From the human T2T-CHM13v2.0 reference genome, Homo sapiens, in assembly GCF_009914755.1 (NCBI RefSeq), contig NC_060945.1: a DNA stretch of 64,000 bases. One strand, 5' to 3'. Each line of letters opens with the position of its first letter. Positions within the stretch are counted from its first letter, which is position 1. The notes under the pieces were generated by a model. That model saw nothing but the letters and a program-made list of their open reading frames with translations. It ran no database searches and had not been told where the DNA came from. This document shows positions 1 through 14,600 of the stretch, piece by piece. The translations under genes and the position numbers were made by a program.

Positions 1-640
1 TAAATGCTTATTCTAAAAAAGAGAAGTTCAAAACAAGTGAACTAATTTTCTACCTTAAAAAGAAAATCTAAAACAAGAGAGCAAATTAAGTCCAAAACAA
101 GTAGAAGAAAAGAAATAAAACAGAAATTAGAAATCAATGAGACAGAAAACAGAAACAGGAGAAAATCATCATGACCAAAAGTTAGTTCTGTGAGAAAGAA
201 AACATAAATTATAAATATCATGGATTAATGAGACTGTACAGTTGTAGACACAAGAGACATTAACAAGATAATGGAATATTGTGAAACATTTTATACTAAT
301 TTTCATTACTTGGATGAAAGGGTGAATTCCTTGAAAAAAACTTATAAAAAAATTCACAAGATTAAATGGAACATATGAAGTAATTGACATTTATTAAAGT
401 AATTAAATTAATTGTCAAATACCTGCACATAAAAACATAAAACTAAAGAAATAAAAAAATAAGCAAACTCCACATCCAAAGAGTTTTGCTGGTGAATTCT
501 TTCAAAGGTTTAAAAAAAATAAAATTTTTAAATTATTTCAGAAATAAAGAAGGGGGAAATTCCAAACTTTTTTTATGTGTCAGAATCCTGATAGCAAAAC
601 TACAAAACCCAGGAATGCAAAATTGATTTCAACTTAAAGA
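1..640 (+). mobile_element. Old L1M ORF2 fragment
   Basis: A-rich decayed L1 ORF2 sequence (gaaatcaatgagacagaaaacag, ttgctggtgaattctttcaaa); no intact frame. Confidence 0.7.
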
Positions 641-649
641 GCTATCACC

Positions 650-1265
650 ATTCTAATCTGTGATTCTAATGAATTTGGCTATCTTAGATACTTTATACAA
701 GTGGAATCATACAGTTTGTCCTTCTGTGACTGATTTACTTTACTTAGCATTAATGTCCTCTAGGTTCATCCATGTTGCATATTGCCGGGATTTCTTGTTT
801 TAAAGCTGAATAATATTCCGTTGTATGAATATACCACATTTTCTTTATCTTTTCATCTGCCAATAGACATTAACCTTATTTCCACATTTTAATTAGTGTA
901 AATAATGCTGCAATGAGCCTGAGAATCATCCCAATCTCCATTCTTTCAGATAAATAACCTGAAGTGAGACTACTAGATCATATGGTAGTTCTACTTTCTT
1001 AATTTTTTTGAGGAACCACCGTACTGTTTTCCATAGAGGCTGCACAGTTTTACTTTCCCAGAAACACTGTAGAAGTGTTCCAGTTTCTCCCCATTGTTAA
1101 CACTCATTATCTTTTTCTTTTAATAAGACTATTCTAACAGGTTTGAGGCAATATCTCTTTGTGGTTTTGATTTGCATTTCCCTGAGGATTAGTGATGCTG
1201 AGCATTTTTTTCATGTATCTGTTGGTCATTTGGATATTTTCTTTGGAGAAATATCTATTGCTGAT
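650..1265 (-). mobile_element. L1MA/MB 3' region, antisense
   Basis: Typical L1M 3' motifs (ggttcatccatgttgca, tttgaggaaccaccgtactgttttccatagaggctg, gtggttttgatttgcatttccctga). Confidence 0.75.
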
Positions 1266-1269
1266 TTAA

Positions 1270-1460
1270 AAAAAAACTCTCAGCAAGCTAGAAAAGGAAA
1301 TTTTCTCAAAGTGATGGAAAGCATCCACAACAAGACATATAAACATTATATTTAATGGTGAAAGTGTAAATATTTAAACTACATAGATTAGGACAAGAAA
1401 GGAATGTGTGTGTTCATCACCTCTATTCAACATTGTACTGGTGATCCTAGATTCTGAGTA
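1270..1460 (+). mobile_element. L1M ORF2 fragment
   Basis: ctcagcaagctagaaaaggaaatttt...ctattcaacattgtactgg matches the L1 RT region. Confidence 0.6.
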
Positions 1461-3684
1461 TAAATATTTAGGGGACAACTATTGTCACTGAAGTCCAAAT
1501 CTTGGTCATCCTCAGAAAAAAAAAAAGTTGATTAGATTGTATATAATCTAATTCTACTTGCTAACTTAATTTCTCTAAAATTACAGCTTGCATCCACTCT
1601 AGAATTTATTGGGCACCTCCTAGGGCATAAACACTGGAATTTGGTGAGAGACATCAAATAGGAAAGAACCTGGCTCTGACATAAATTCAACACACGAAGG
1701 GGGACACATGTTATGAGACTGACCTGGCCTCTCCATCTCATAAAAGGGGTTCTTGTTGCTGGTAACACAGATTAAAACTATTTCAATTACATTCAAGATA
1801 AAAAGATTAGCAATGGTATGTAAGATGAAAAAATCACCCCACAGGAAGACAAAAGTCTTACAAAAGGATATTTAAACTAGCCAACCCTTTGAAATTCAGG
1901 CAGAGATCGTGCTTTCTGGGTGAACTAAGGTAGCAAGAACAAAGTAGAGGCTCCAATTCTAGGAAAAATGGGCCCTAATAAGGTTTACAATCCAGAAACT
2001 CAAGAAATCCAGACAGAAGAATGCAGTCTCCGCTTTCAAGGCAGTAACAGTACCTGGATTACTAAGCCAATCCCCAACACAATCATAAACACAAATTTGA
2101 TTGAGGAAGAACTTGCCCACCAGAAGATTTAGGTTATTACAAGGTAGAATGTGATAGAGAAAAAGAGCATGGGACTGGAAACAAAAGGAGGTAGCCCCAT
2201 GATCACAACTGGAATATATCTGTCAGAGATGGTGCGGAAATAAGACTGAAGAGAGAGATCCTTAAACCCCACGTGCCTTACATCAGGACTAATCCTGGAC
2301 ACAGGCTGGAAAGCATAGCCTACAGGTGGTGAGGGAGGAGGAGTGGGCTCAGCTGTGAGAAGGAGAAGGAAATATGGCTGAAAACCAGATATGGGTCTTG
2401 AAATCACAGCGAGGATTTGGGCCTTTGCTGCTGTCTGCCAGCAGCTGCCAGTAGTTCTCACACTTTGGCTGGCATCAAAATAACCTGGGGCAGTGGTGGG
2501 GAAGTGGGGGGAGTGTTGTAAAACCACAAGTGACCAGGAAAAAATCACCTGTATGTTTTCCAATTCAGTAAGTACAGAAATATTAATTGGAAAAAGGTGG
2601 AGATCAGACATTGATAGTGCTGTGGACTGCTCCAGGGACATAAGCATGATCTTTAGAGAGGTGACTCTAATCAGTTGAGGGCAACCACCGGACAGAAAGA
2701 GGTCCAGACTAACCGTACACATTGACATCATACAACTACACTTTAGCAACTTCTCCAAATAACATGTCTCTTACTGAAACTTGGGAGGTTGAAAGTTATA
2801 AACATAAAATCCAGTGGCATTTATGTATCCTAGGCACTTACATTTGTCTGATTCTTCCAACTTGCCTTTGCTTGGTTAGAGTTTTGGGTAGATAAGAGGT
2901 GGATTTACATGTGCTAGTGTGAGAACTTTGATACACTCACTTAGACATTGACCTACTATCTTGATGTTTGAAAGTTAAAACCCAAAGAAATTTGTCTTTT
3001 TAGATAAAACAAATTCAGCCCTTACCTTCCTTATCGATTACATCTTCCACTAGCAGTAATAAAAAAGTAACAATATGCATAAGTCAAAGTATCTTCTTAA
3101 ATCTTCTGTAGTGTTTTATTATTTAGTTGTGTTAATTAAAGTAACTGTCTCAAAATTTCAAGGAATGCCTGAGAATAAATTCATGTTCAAAGGTTGCCCT
3201 CTTGTGACAATGTGTTGTATGTTTTACTGTAAAAGTAATCTTATTTTACCTTATAACATCTACAATCCAATTCATAACAGCATAAAAAGGAAATAAAGCC
3301 TTACATAATTTTGAATTTTGAAAAGTACCTTGTTTATATGGTTCCTTTAGCTAATGAATAGACAATTTGGTAAATATTCCAGTGAGTTGAAGGTTTGAAT
3401 CTATCTCACTTAACTAGCTTAATGGATGTATTTCTAAACCTGTACAACCCAATCCTCTGCTTTTAAAAAATTAAAGTTAGCTGTAGATTGAGATGTCAGT
3501 GACACAGTTTATAGAACATAACTTAGATTGTCATCTACATTACTGTAACTACAAATACCACCCTCAGATGGAAGAATCAGTTTTATCAGTGAACATCTAA
3601 TTGAACTATAAATGGTGTATGTCTTCTGGCTTTTACAAGCTCTTGGTCTAACACGGGATATATGATGTAAAAATTACAAAGCAA

Positions 3685-4092
<408 letters not shown>

Positions 4093-6354
4093 TTATTCTA
4101 AGCTCACTGATGTAAACGAATAGACAGAAAAGGTTTGCTGGAAAAACTAATAACTTGCTATCTTTTCTGTCTTTTGTTTTTTAAAAGCTTGAGCATTTGG
4201 GAGAATTTGGAAAGATTGTGGAGTAAGGGCAAAGAAGGAATTTTCTAAAAAAATTATATAGGTTAAAATGAGTTTTTTCCAGGTTAGAAAATATCCACTC
4301 CCTACCCTCCTACATTCCTTTCCCATGGTTAAGAAGAGGAAAAAACGAAGACCTCTTGGTGAGCAGTGGTGACTTCGGCAGTTTCTTAGAAATATTCTAG
4401 AAGGCATAGTCATCTTTTAAAAAAAATAGCTACAAGGATATGTCTAAGCAGAAGGGACCATGGGCCAAATTACTTGTAGATTTTTGCATTCCAAATATGG
4501 TAAAGAAGAAGCAGGAAGCTGGGGGGCCTAAACAAGCCACACAGAAATGGACAAGGAAGAGGCCAGCAGCAGCTTGTGGGGGCAAGATGTCAAGCCCCAA
4601 ATGTTAAACCCACCATCCATCTTCCAAATTCTGGCTCTGCTTAACAAGGCTGTGGTCTGACACTAGATGCCGCCTCAGTGACTAAAGCATAATTCCCCTT
4701 CTCCTGGGAGTGTTGACAGCTGACTCCTGTCAACAATACTCACAGCACAGTAAAGTTCCTTCATCCAAATCCATGTCCCTTCTCAAGGCATCCCACATCC
4801 GAGAACTGCTTGGTACAGAAATATAATGGCCTTGTTTGCTTGCTCCAATTTGAGGTCATTAGGTAAACTCACCAAGATCCCTGTAGAGTGCACTGCGGCC
4901 ATGATAGTGATTGCATTCCAGCCGACTTCCTGCTCCACCCAATCCTATTGCTTTCGCTCTTCCACAGGTGTTGGGAATATCATTTCAACCTCCTTGCATG
5001 CAAATCTCCAACTCGGAGTCGGCTTCCTAGGACACTTGACTGGTGACATCTCTATCACTATCACAGTACTTAGAGGGGAGCATCTTAAAATGATTGAGGG
5101 CTAACTGCCCTAACAGCACAGGCAGATGGTGGCTTAAAATAGAATTTAAGTGGACTTAAAAAAACATGAAAAAAGTTGACATTGCACGCTCATAGGAGCT
5201 TGTGGATCAAACCATACGTATGATTTTTAAGATCCCTCGTGCAGTATATATTTGCACTGTTTATAAATGGCATCCCCTTAAATTGAATTCAGTGCAATTC
5301 AAAACAGTAATTTGTGGGAAAAATTAGATATGCAGATAACCTGGACTCTAGAGAGGAACACATCATTTGGAGAATAATAGTGAACCGGCTGGTCTATGAG
5401 GGAAGAAAACAGAGTGAATATAGACTATTATTGAACAAGGATATTTTCCCATGTATATTCAAATTAAGGTGAATTTTTTTACAGAATTATGCCTTAGAAA
5501 GAAAAAGTATTTCCCTATATTTGAGTCCTCACAAGTTTTCCTACGATGAGTGCTTTTGTGATTATTTTGAATAACAAAATAATATTTAAGTAAACTCTCT
5601 TGCCCTGAATGTACTTTAATTTATGTCAATTGAAGTTGCATATAGAGATCATCAAAGTCAAGCTACAAGAAAAAGAGGAACATAACTTAGCAAAGACTTA
5701 GAGGATTAGTCCTAATAGTGTGAAATCAAAATTTCAAGTGAGGGAATAAATGCAGCTTTTAATGATTACTTAAATGAAGTTTAACTCTAGCAGGATCTAC
5801 AAGAAATTGGCAACCTTTGGCTTCAGTAACAGAATCTCAAGGTATATGCCCTTCAGTGCGTTTGCATTCTGCCTCATATTGAGAGACACTCCTTTAAACA
5901 GCAATAAGAAACTTCCTGTGACAACATAATAAATTCAAAAAGTTCTGTAACTCAGACAATTTAGACAGAAGTGATAACTTTGGCCTATAAAGCCCTGTTC
6001 ACCCTAAAGATGGATTAAACAATGAAAAAGATATTGATATCAAAAATTCAATCAGGAATTTGATTAAAGCATTTCATTAAATGTGATAATTTCTTAGTAT
6101 ATTATCTTACATATGCAATATTCATGTGTAACAAATTAAATACAAGTAAACATTTGACCATATTATCTGCAGCATAATTTAAATATCAATTTACATATTC
6201 AGTTTTGCTCACATGAAAACTTGGATCTTCTCAATAAGAAAATGTATGAAATCTTTAACTCCTCATCCCCAGGAATGTAAATAAATAAATATAAATACTG
6301 TAAGTCAGTGATTTTTTCCTAGGAAGACAGTAAAAATACTTTACACGCCTTCTC

Positions 6355-6855
6355 ATTGTAAACCTAAATAACAAACAGAGAAAGGCTCTCTAAAGGAAAA
6401 AGACACATCTTAGGGAGGAGGGCACTGCAATGGGAATATGCATGACAAAGCAAACTATATAGATTCAAATGGTAAAGGAAGAGAAGGTCTTTAAAAGAAA
6501 AATGATCAACCTGGAAGTATGGGGGAGTAGAAAAAAATAAATAAGGGAAAAGTGAAGAGGCTTCTATAATTGTTTTGATATAGTTACCTTTGAATATAAA
6601 GATCAACAACAAGGTCAATGTCAGTTGAAGTTTGGGCAGGCAGTTGCTGGATAGATGTCCTCACAGAAGTGTATTTTGTGTAAGGTTGCTATGGCCTTTG
6701 TGCAAGGTTGTGGTTTTTGTGGTATTTTGTAATAGTTTTTATCAGGCCTAGAAGCATGAGAACCCTCTCTTCAAGGCCTTCTCTGAATATATTTGTTCAG
6801 GTTTTTTCTTCTCTTTTTAAACATTAGTGACAGTTTTGTTTCTGATAACTTTCAT
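6355..6855. mobile_element. ERV1-class solo LTR (MER31-like; family uncertain)
   Basis: tgtaaacc... start, gaagtttgggcaggcagttgctgg, gcatgagaaccctctcttcaaggcc resemble recalled MER4-group LTRs. Confidence 0.4.
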
Positions 6856-7096
6856 ATCATGATCCCTAATTTCAAAAAAAATTAAACGTGTAACTTATTT
6901 ATGATGTATTTGATAGGCTTGGATTTGTGAATCACCTCTACTATCTATAGTGGTAGATATATCTGAGCCTGCTTACACAGGACTTCCATCAGATTCTCTC
7001 TTCAGTGGAATTGGAAGAGGGGGTTTTGGAGAAGGGAATGAAGGAATTGTGCTGCATCAGCACAGGGCGTTTTTCTGTGCTCTTGCCAGGCCGTTG

Positions 7097-7143
7097 TATT
7101 GGCTGATGCAAAAGTAATTTTGGTTTTGTCATTGAAAGTAATG
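7097..7143. mobile_element. Partial MADE1 (Hsmar1 MITE)
   Basis: tattggctgatgcaaaagtaattttggttttgtcattgaaagtaatg matches one half of the MADE1 palindrome. Confidence 0.75.
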
Positions 7144-7557
7144 AGACCATCTGGCTTACAATGTCTGTGCCATAACCAGCTCCTAATAGCCTCCGAGGAC
7201 AGCTTTGCCCTGACATATACTGTCCTGGAACCACGTCTGCTTTGTAACTCCTGAGGTAGCTGCCACCATGACCAATGCCTTCTCATCTTTACTCTACATG
7301 CTGGTAACAGTTATAATTATATCTCTGTGTATTCACAGAACATCTAGTACATCTGGGACTTCTACAAAATTTCCCTAGCTGATATTGGTGTTCTGGGGTA
7401 CTGGCAGCTCTAGCCATGAAGGGATGATGCTTTATTAGCATTTCTGTTGAGTTTTTTGCTTTTTCTCAAAAACTGATTCCACTTTTCCCACATACGTTTG
7501 ACAATTCATTTGAACTCATTTATTCTAAACCCATTATTTTTGGTCTATTATTTAATA

Positions 7558-7745
7558 GGGAGGGGGGCGAGGGATAAAAGATTACAAATAGGGGGCAGTG
7601 TACACTGCTCGGGTGATGGATGCACCCAAATCTCACAAATCTCCAGAAAAGAACTTACCCATGGAACCAAATACCACCGTACCCCAACAACCTATGGAAA
7701 AAAAATAAAAAATAAAGTAAAAAAGAGTCAGAAAGAAAGAAAATA
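7558..7745 (+). mobile_element. L1PB 3' terminus with A-rich tail
   Basis: gagggataaaagattacaaat...tacactgctcgggtgatggatgcacccaaatctcacaaatc...aacctatggaaaaaaaataaaaaataaa. Confidence 0.85.
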
Positions 7746-8334
7746 ATCACTGTACTTACCATGACACTTAGAAATGGTGACTAACATTATTTGTGTCACC
7801 TAATAATATTATTATTTTTTATTTATGCTACAATCTAGCTCTGCTATTACAATCACTACTATTTGAAGTGTTACTAAATTAAATTAAATCTATTGTATCC
7901 TTCTGGACTCAGAAATGGGGGTAAATGCCAAGATGATTTCAGAATATGATCACATATTAAAAGCATATTATATGGGGAAAATTTGATTTTTAAAAAATAG
8001 AAATTGGTAGAGAAACAATTTTTGGGTCTTTAATTTCCGCACATTTTGCAAGTATGGACAATGACTTTATTGTTCCAAATGATTGTTTTCAAGCATGTTT
8101 GTATAGAAAACAGCCTTGGAATAGAAAACCAGTACCTCCTTCTGGAACAAAGGAAAAGTTTATTTACTGTCTAGTATAATGCAGATAATTTCTCCCTCTT
8201 GGGAAGCATACAGCCAAGTGAACTTCCAATAACACAAGTTGGGTTTTCTTGAGCTTGGGTTTTTCTTCCACAGTGTAATGTGCAGGTGCCACTTGGCTCT
8301 CTTTGTGTTATCCTGGGAAAGCTGATGGCTGTAG

Positions 8335-9106
8335 GTGCATGTGTTTATTTTGGGGATCTCTATTCTATTTCATTGGTCTTTGTGTCTGTTTTCATATCAG
8401 TACCATGTTATTTTGTCTACTGTGGCCCTAGGGTATAGTATGAAGTCAAGTAATGTGATGTCTCCAGTGTTGTTCTTCTTGCTTAGATTTCCTTTGGTTG
8501 TCTGGGCTCTTTAAAAATCCATATGAAATTTAGAATATTTTTTTCTAATTTTGTGAAAAACGACACTGGTTGTTTCATAGGAATAGTGTTGAATGTGTAG
8601 ATTGCTTTTGGCAGTATAGCCATTTTAACAATATTGATCTTTCTAATCCATGAGCATGGAATGGTTTTCCATTTGTTTCGACATCTGTGATTTCTTTCTG
8701 CAGTGTTTTGCAGGTCTCCTTTTAGATATCCTTTACCTCCTTGGTTAGAAATATTCTTTTATTTTATTTTGGGGGTTGCTGTTGTAAACAGGATTGCACT
8801 CTTGATTTACCTTTCAGTTTTAATATTTTTGGTGAACTGCAATCCTACTTCTTTTTATATGTTGATTTTTTTTTATCCTGAAAGTTTGCTGAAGTTTTTT
8901 TTATCAGTTCTGGGAGCCTTTTGGCACAGTCTTTAGGGATTTCTAGGTGTAGAATCATATCATCAGTGAAGAGAGATAATTTGACTTCATTTCCTATTTG
9001 GATGCTTTTTATCGCTTTCTCTTGCCTGCTTGCTCTGGCTAGGACTTGTTAAACAGGAGTGGGGAGAACAGGCATCCCTATTTTATTCCTGTTCATAAGG
9101 GGAATG
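8335..9106 (-). mobile_element. L1 ORF2 fragment (antisense), cut by the HERV-K LTR
   Basis: L1 RT-region antisense motifs (tagtatgaagtcaagtaatgtgatg, gagagataatttgacttc, gctctggctaggactt). Confidence 0.85.
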
Positions 9107-9393
9107 TGTTGGGAGAAAAGCTGAGTGTTGGAAGAGAAGCTGAGGCAGGGCCATATGTTTCTCATTCACTTGATACACCATTTCCTTTTAACCCCCACAT
9201 CCTCACCACCTGTTTCTTTGTTTGAGCACCAACAAATAGCGTGGGCTCCCAGAGCTTGGGGACTTTGCAGACTCCACACTCGTGATGGTCTCCTGGTCCC
9301 ACTTTCTCTCTCAAACTGTCTTTTTCTCATTCCTTTGACTCTGCCGGACTTCATCACCCCCATGACCTAGTGTTGGGTCTGATCACCCCAACA
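9107..9393 (+). mobile_element. 5' LTR of HERV-K HML-1 (LTR14-like)
   Basis: TG...CA termini (tgttgggagaaaagctgag ... caccccaaca), followed by a tRNA-Lys PBS tggtgcccaacatgggg at 9398. Confidence 0.75.
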
Positions 9394-11170
9394 TTCCTGG
9401 TGCCCAACATGGGGTGACAAAGACCCGGTGAAGGAAGGCTAGAGCATATGAAAGCAGAGGACACATCATCAAAAGACACCCGAGGACATACAAAGATGGG
9501 GAGTGAAATTTAGTACTTAGAATTTGTTATCACTCTTTAGTACAGTAAAGCAGTTTTGCCCATGGTTTCCAGAGCAAAGGGACTATGAAGTTGGATGAAT
9601 GGGAGAGAATTGGAAGAGATTTTTAAAAGGCATATAAAGATGGAGCAGAAATTCCAGTTTATATATGGTCAGTGTGGGCACTAATAAAGGCAGCCCTTGA
9701 GCCATTTCAAACAGATGATGAGGCAGATTCAGATGAGGAAGAGGAGGATGAGTGTAAAAAACTAACTTCAAATTCTGAGTGTGAGGAGCAGCTACCGGAG
9801 GAGATTAAAGAAAAGAAAGAAAAACTTTAAAAAGTATGTTTTACTAGCCCGTTGGCTCCACCTGCTGAATTAAGTGAATGGCCACCTCCTCTCTCTCCCC
9901 TAAATGGGTGAGAAAATAAATTAGCTGAAAAACTTACTGCTCCTGTAGTTACAACATTAAAACCTGGAGCAATTGGTGGTGCTAGACAAAATTCTATTCA
10001 AAAAGCTAAAGCCAAGGGAGACCTTGAAGCATGGCAATTTCCCGTTACTATAATCCAGCAAGTAGGACAGAATATAGCTAATTAGCCTGCTTTTTCTTTT
10101 AAGTTAATAAAGAATTTAAGCAAGCCATTAGTCAATATGGACTGAACTCTCTTTTTGCGCAATCTTTATTAAAAATATGGCTCTTGATAATAGATTAATA
10201 CCATATAATTAGGATACTTTGACAAAACCTGTTCTCACTCCATCTCAGTACTTGCAGTTTAAAACTTGGTAGGCTGGTGAACTCAAACTCAGGCAAAAGA
10301 AAACACACACCTGCAGCCACCTGTGCCTGTTTTCTTTGATCAGTTAATATGAGTTGGCCCTAACTGGGGTTGATTAGAGAATCAAGCAGTAATGGAAGAT
10401 GTTGTCATTGTTCAGCTGTGCTTCATGTGCTTACATGCATAGAAAAGGATAAATGTTACAGGGGAAAAGTATCCTTATTTCAGTTCTGTCTGACAAGGAC
10501 CTAAAGAACCATATATTAATTTTATTGCTCAGCTCCAAGAGGCTGTGTATAAAGCCGTAAATGATCAAAACAGCTCAGGATGTTGTAATACAGCTTCTTG
10601 CATACAATAATGCTAATGCAGAGTGTCAAACTGCTATTAGATATCTGAGAGAGAAGGCTCATTTAACTAAATATATTAAGTCTTGCGATGGCATTGGAGG
10701 TAACTTACATAAGGCTATTCTTTTAGCTCAGGCTATGGCTAGATTAAGAGTAAGAAAAAATATGTTTCACTTCTCAGGCTCTTGCCTTAATTGTGGGCAA
10801 ATTGGACACAAGAAAGGAATGTAGAAAGGAATTCAAAAGACGAAAACTACTACCATCAATCAACAGAAAAGACCCAGTGTATGTCCCTGGTGTAAGAAAG
10901 GCGATCACTAGGCAAGGCCGTGTCATTCTAAATTTAGCAAAGATGAACAACCTCTTTGAGGAAATAGGAAGAGGGACCCGCCTCAAGCCCCTCAACAAAC
11001 TGAGGCATACCCAGCACAGCCACTGCCCTTACAAATGTACAGCAATTGTCCCCCGCCTCAGCAAGCAGTGCTGCTGTAGACCTCTACAGCACAATTCCCA
11101 TCTCCTTACTTCCTGAGGAGCCACGAAAGAAGGTCACCACAGGAGTTAGGGCACCCTTACCCTGAGGAAC
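9394..11170 (+). pseudogene. gag: HERV-K (HML-1/HERVK14-like) internal: defective gag and start of pro/dUTPase
   Basis: Betaretroviral capsid end (QGPKEPY, NANAECQTAIR), zinc knuckles CLNCGQIGH and CPWCKKGDH, dUTPase start AVDLYSTIPISLLPEEP; many stops and frameshifts. Confidence 0.85.
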
Positions 11171-11618
11171 TGTTGGGAACAAGCCTCCCCCAAATCCGGC
11201 CATAAACTGGCCCCAAAACTGGCCATAAACAAAATCTCTGCATCACTGTGTCATGTTCTTGATGGCCATAACACACACCCTGGAAGGTTGTGGGTTTACC
11301 GGAATGAGGACAAGGAACACCTGGCCCGTCCAGGGTGGAAAACCACTTAAAGGCATTCTTAAGCCACAAACAATAGCATGAGTGATCTGTGCCTTAAGAA
11401 TAAGGGATACTTTTAGTTAATCTAATATCTATAGAAACAATGCTAATGACTGGCTTGCTGTTAATAAATACGTGGGTAAATCTCTGTTCAGAGCTCTCAG
11501 CTCTGAAGGCTGTGAGACCCCTGATTTCCCACTTCACACCTCTATATTTCAGTGTGTGTGTCTTTAATTCCTCTAGTGCTGCTGGGTTAGGGTCTCCCCA
11601 ACCGACCTGGTCTCAGCA
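11171..11618 (+). mobile_element. MER9 LTR (5' LTR of HERV-K HML-3)
   Basis: tgttgggaac...ggccataaactggccccaaaactggccataaacaaaatctctgc signature, AATAAA, CA end, PBS tggtgccc at 11621. Confidence 0.9.
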
Positions 11619-14600
11619 AGTGGTGCCCATTCATGGGGGCTCGAATACAGGTCAAAGGATCGCTGGAGCAACGATTGGAGAATGTGGAACTAGCTGGAGG
11701 ACATCCGAGTACTCTTAAAGCAATCCCCATGGTGAGTCAGAAGGGGAGCTCAGAAGCATCAGGGTAACAATGGGACAAGTGTGGGCTGTGGTTCGTTCTA
11801 CCTTGGAACTTTTTCACACTGATAATGAGGAGGAAGGAGAGTATAACAAAGTAACAGTAGAGGTTACAGACCAGGTTTATTTGCCACCTAAAGCTAAAGC
11901 AGAAAAGGAGGGAGAGGTTCATCCCTACCCTTCTGCACCCCCTCATTATTATTTTGAAGAAAACGACCCTCCAGATCTTTCTTTTCTGGAGGACACTGGG
12001 TGAAAAGTAGTTGCCCTGGTGACTTGAGCGACTGCTTAGTTCTATTCAGGCAGGAATTCAGCAAGCTAGACAAAAGTGGGATTTAGAGGCTTGGCAGTTC
12101 CCTGTTTGAATACACCCCCCCAGATCAACAGGGAAATATTATAGCTACATTTGAGCCTTTTCCTTTTAAATTACTCAAAAAATTAAACAAGCTATAAATC
12201 AGTATGGACCAGGTTCTCCTTTTGAAATGGGACTGTTAAAGAATGTTGCTGTTTCCAGTCGGATGATTCCTACTGACTGGGACACTCTTACTCTAGCTTG
12301 TCTAACTCCTGCTCAGTTCTTACAATTTAAAACTTAGTGGGCAGATGAAGCTTCCATTCAGGCTGCTCTCAATGCCTGGGCCCAACCTCAAATTAATATA
12401 ACTGCAGACCAACTTTTGGGGGTTGGTGGCTGGGCTGGTTTACATGCACAAGTGGTCAAGCAGGATGATGCCATAGAACAGCTTAGAGGAGTGTGCATTA
12501 GAGCTTGGAAAAAATCACTTCATATGGAGAACAATACCCTTCATTTAGTGCTATAAAACAGGGACCAAGAGAACCATATGTGCATTTTATAGCTTGGTTA
12601 CAGGAGTCTCTGAAAAAGATGATTGCAGATTTGGCTGCTTAGGATATAGTGTTGCAGTTATTAGTTTTGACAATGCTAATCCCTATTGCCAGGCTGCTCT
12701 GTGACCTATCAGAGGGAAAGCACATTTAGTTGATTATAACAAGGCCTGTGATGATATCAGAGATACTTTGTTGGCACAGGCGATGGCAGGACTGAGAGTG
12801 GATAAAGGAAATACTCTATTTCCTGGAGCTTGTTTTAACTGTGGGAAGCATGGTCATACTAAAAAGAATGTAAAAAAAAAAATCAGCAAGTCAGGCCACC
12901 AGATAGGTGAAAAAAGAAAACTGCTGATCCTGAAATATGTCTAAAATGTAAAAAAGGAAAACTTTGGGCTAATCAGTGTCACTCTAAGTTTGATAAAGAA
13001 GGGAACCCGATTTTGGGAAACTCCCTGATGGGCCCATCCCAGGCCCTGTTCTAAACCAGGGCATTTCCAGCTCAGGCCATTCCCTCACCCCCATACATTA
13101 TCTGTCCCCCACCATAGCCCATAGTGCCGCAGTAGATTTATGCTGCACAAAAGCTGTGAGCCTTCTGCCTGGGGAACCCCCGCAAAAGGTCCCAACAGGA
13201 GTCTGTGGACCGTTGCCAGGAGGGACAATGGGATTACTTTTAGGAAGGTCTAGTTTAAGTTTAAAAGGGGTACAAATACACACTGGAGTCATTGATCCAG
13301 ATTACAATGAAGAAATTCAAATTGTGATATCTACTTCTGTTCCCTGGAAAGTACAGCCAGGAATGCGCATAGCACAGCTCCTGAGTGTACCGAATGTGAG
13401 AATGGGAAAAAGTGAAATTAAATGAACTGGAGGATTTGGAAGCACGAATAAAAAAGGCAAGGCAGCTTATTGGGTAAATCAAATTACTGATAAACATCCT
13501 ATCTGTGAAATAACTATCCAGGGAAAGAACTTTAAAGGTTTGGTAGATACTATTTTTTATTTTTAGTAGGAGTGGACATTTCAATCATTTCTCTACAGCA
13601 CTGGCTGTCCATGTGGCCAATTCAGCCCACTCAATTTAACACAGTGGAAACTGCTAAAGCTCCAGAAGTGTATCAAAGTAGCTATATTTTGCATTGTGAA
13701 GGGCCCGATGGACAACCTGGAACTGTTCAACCAATTGCAATTTCTGTACCTATAAATTTATGGGGGAGAGATTTATTATGACGATGGGGAGCACAAGTTC
13801 TAATTCCATAACAATTATACAGCCCTCAAAGTCAACATATGATGCACGAAATGGGACATGTCCCTGGTATAGGAGTAGAAAAAAATTGCAAGATTGGAAA
13901 GAACTGCTTCAAACGGAAAGACAAAGTTCCTGCCAAAGATTAGGATACCATTTTTGATGGTGGCCACTGTTAAGCCTCCAGCACCTACACCTTTAAAATG
14001 GTAAACAGATAAGCCAATTTGGATAGAATAATGGCTGCTAAGCAAAGAGAAACTGGATGCTTTAGAGAAATTAGTTACTGAACAATTAGAAAATGGGCAC
14101 ATACCTCCAACATTTTCCCCTTGGAATTCTCCAGTTTTCATAATTAAGAAAAAATCAGGTAAATGGAGAATGTTAACTGACTTAAGAGCCATCAATTCAG
14201 AAATACAACCTATGGAAACATAACAGCCAGGATTGCCTTCTCCTACTATAATTCCAAAAAATTGGCCTTTAATAGTCACAGATTTAAAAGACTGTTTCTT
14301 TACTACCCTTTTAGCTGAGCAAGACTGTGAACGGTTTGCATTTACAATTCCTGCAGTAAACAACCTGCAGCCTGCTAAGCGTTTTCGTTGTTTCACAGAT
14401 GGGTCTAGTAATGGTAAAGCTTCTTATTCTGGATCAAAAGGTAAAGTTTTCCAGACACCGTATACTTCAGCTCAAAAAGCGGAGCTTGTAGATGTAATTG
14501 AGGTATTGACTGCTTTTGATATGCCTGTTAATGTGATTTCTGATTCTTCATACATAATTCATTCCACACAGTGAATTGAAAATGCTCAGTTACGATTGCA

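Noticed and set aside
2129-2758. 209-aa ORF on the minus strand in unique-looking sequence
   Set aside because: Non-ATG start, no recognisable family, no convincing splice context
4430-5110. Moderately GC-rich unique segment that might be an exon or pseudogene
   Set aside because: The frames I read gave no recognisable protein and contain stops
6960-7290. Short ORFs 6989-7286
   Set aside because: They span a MADE1 fragment; no homology recognised
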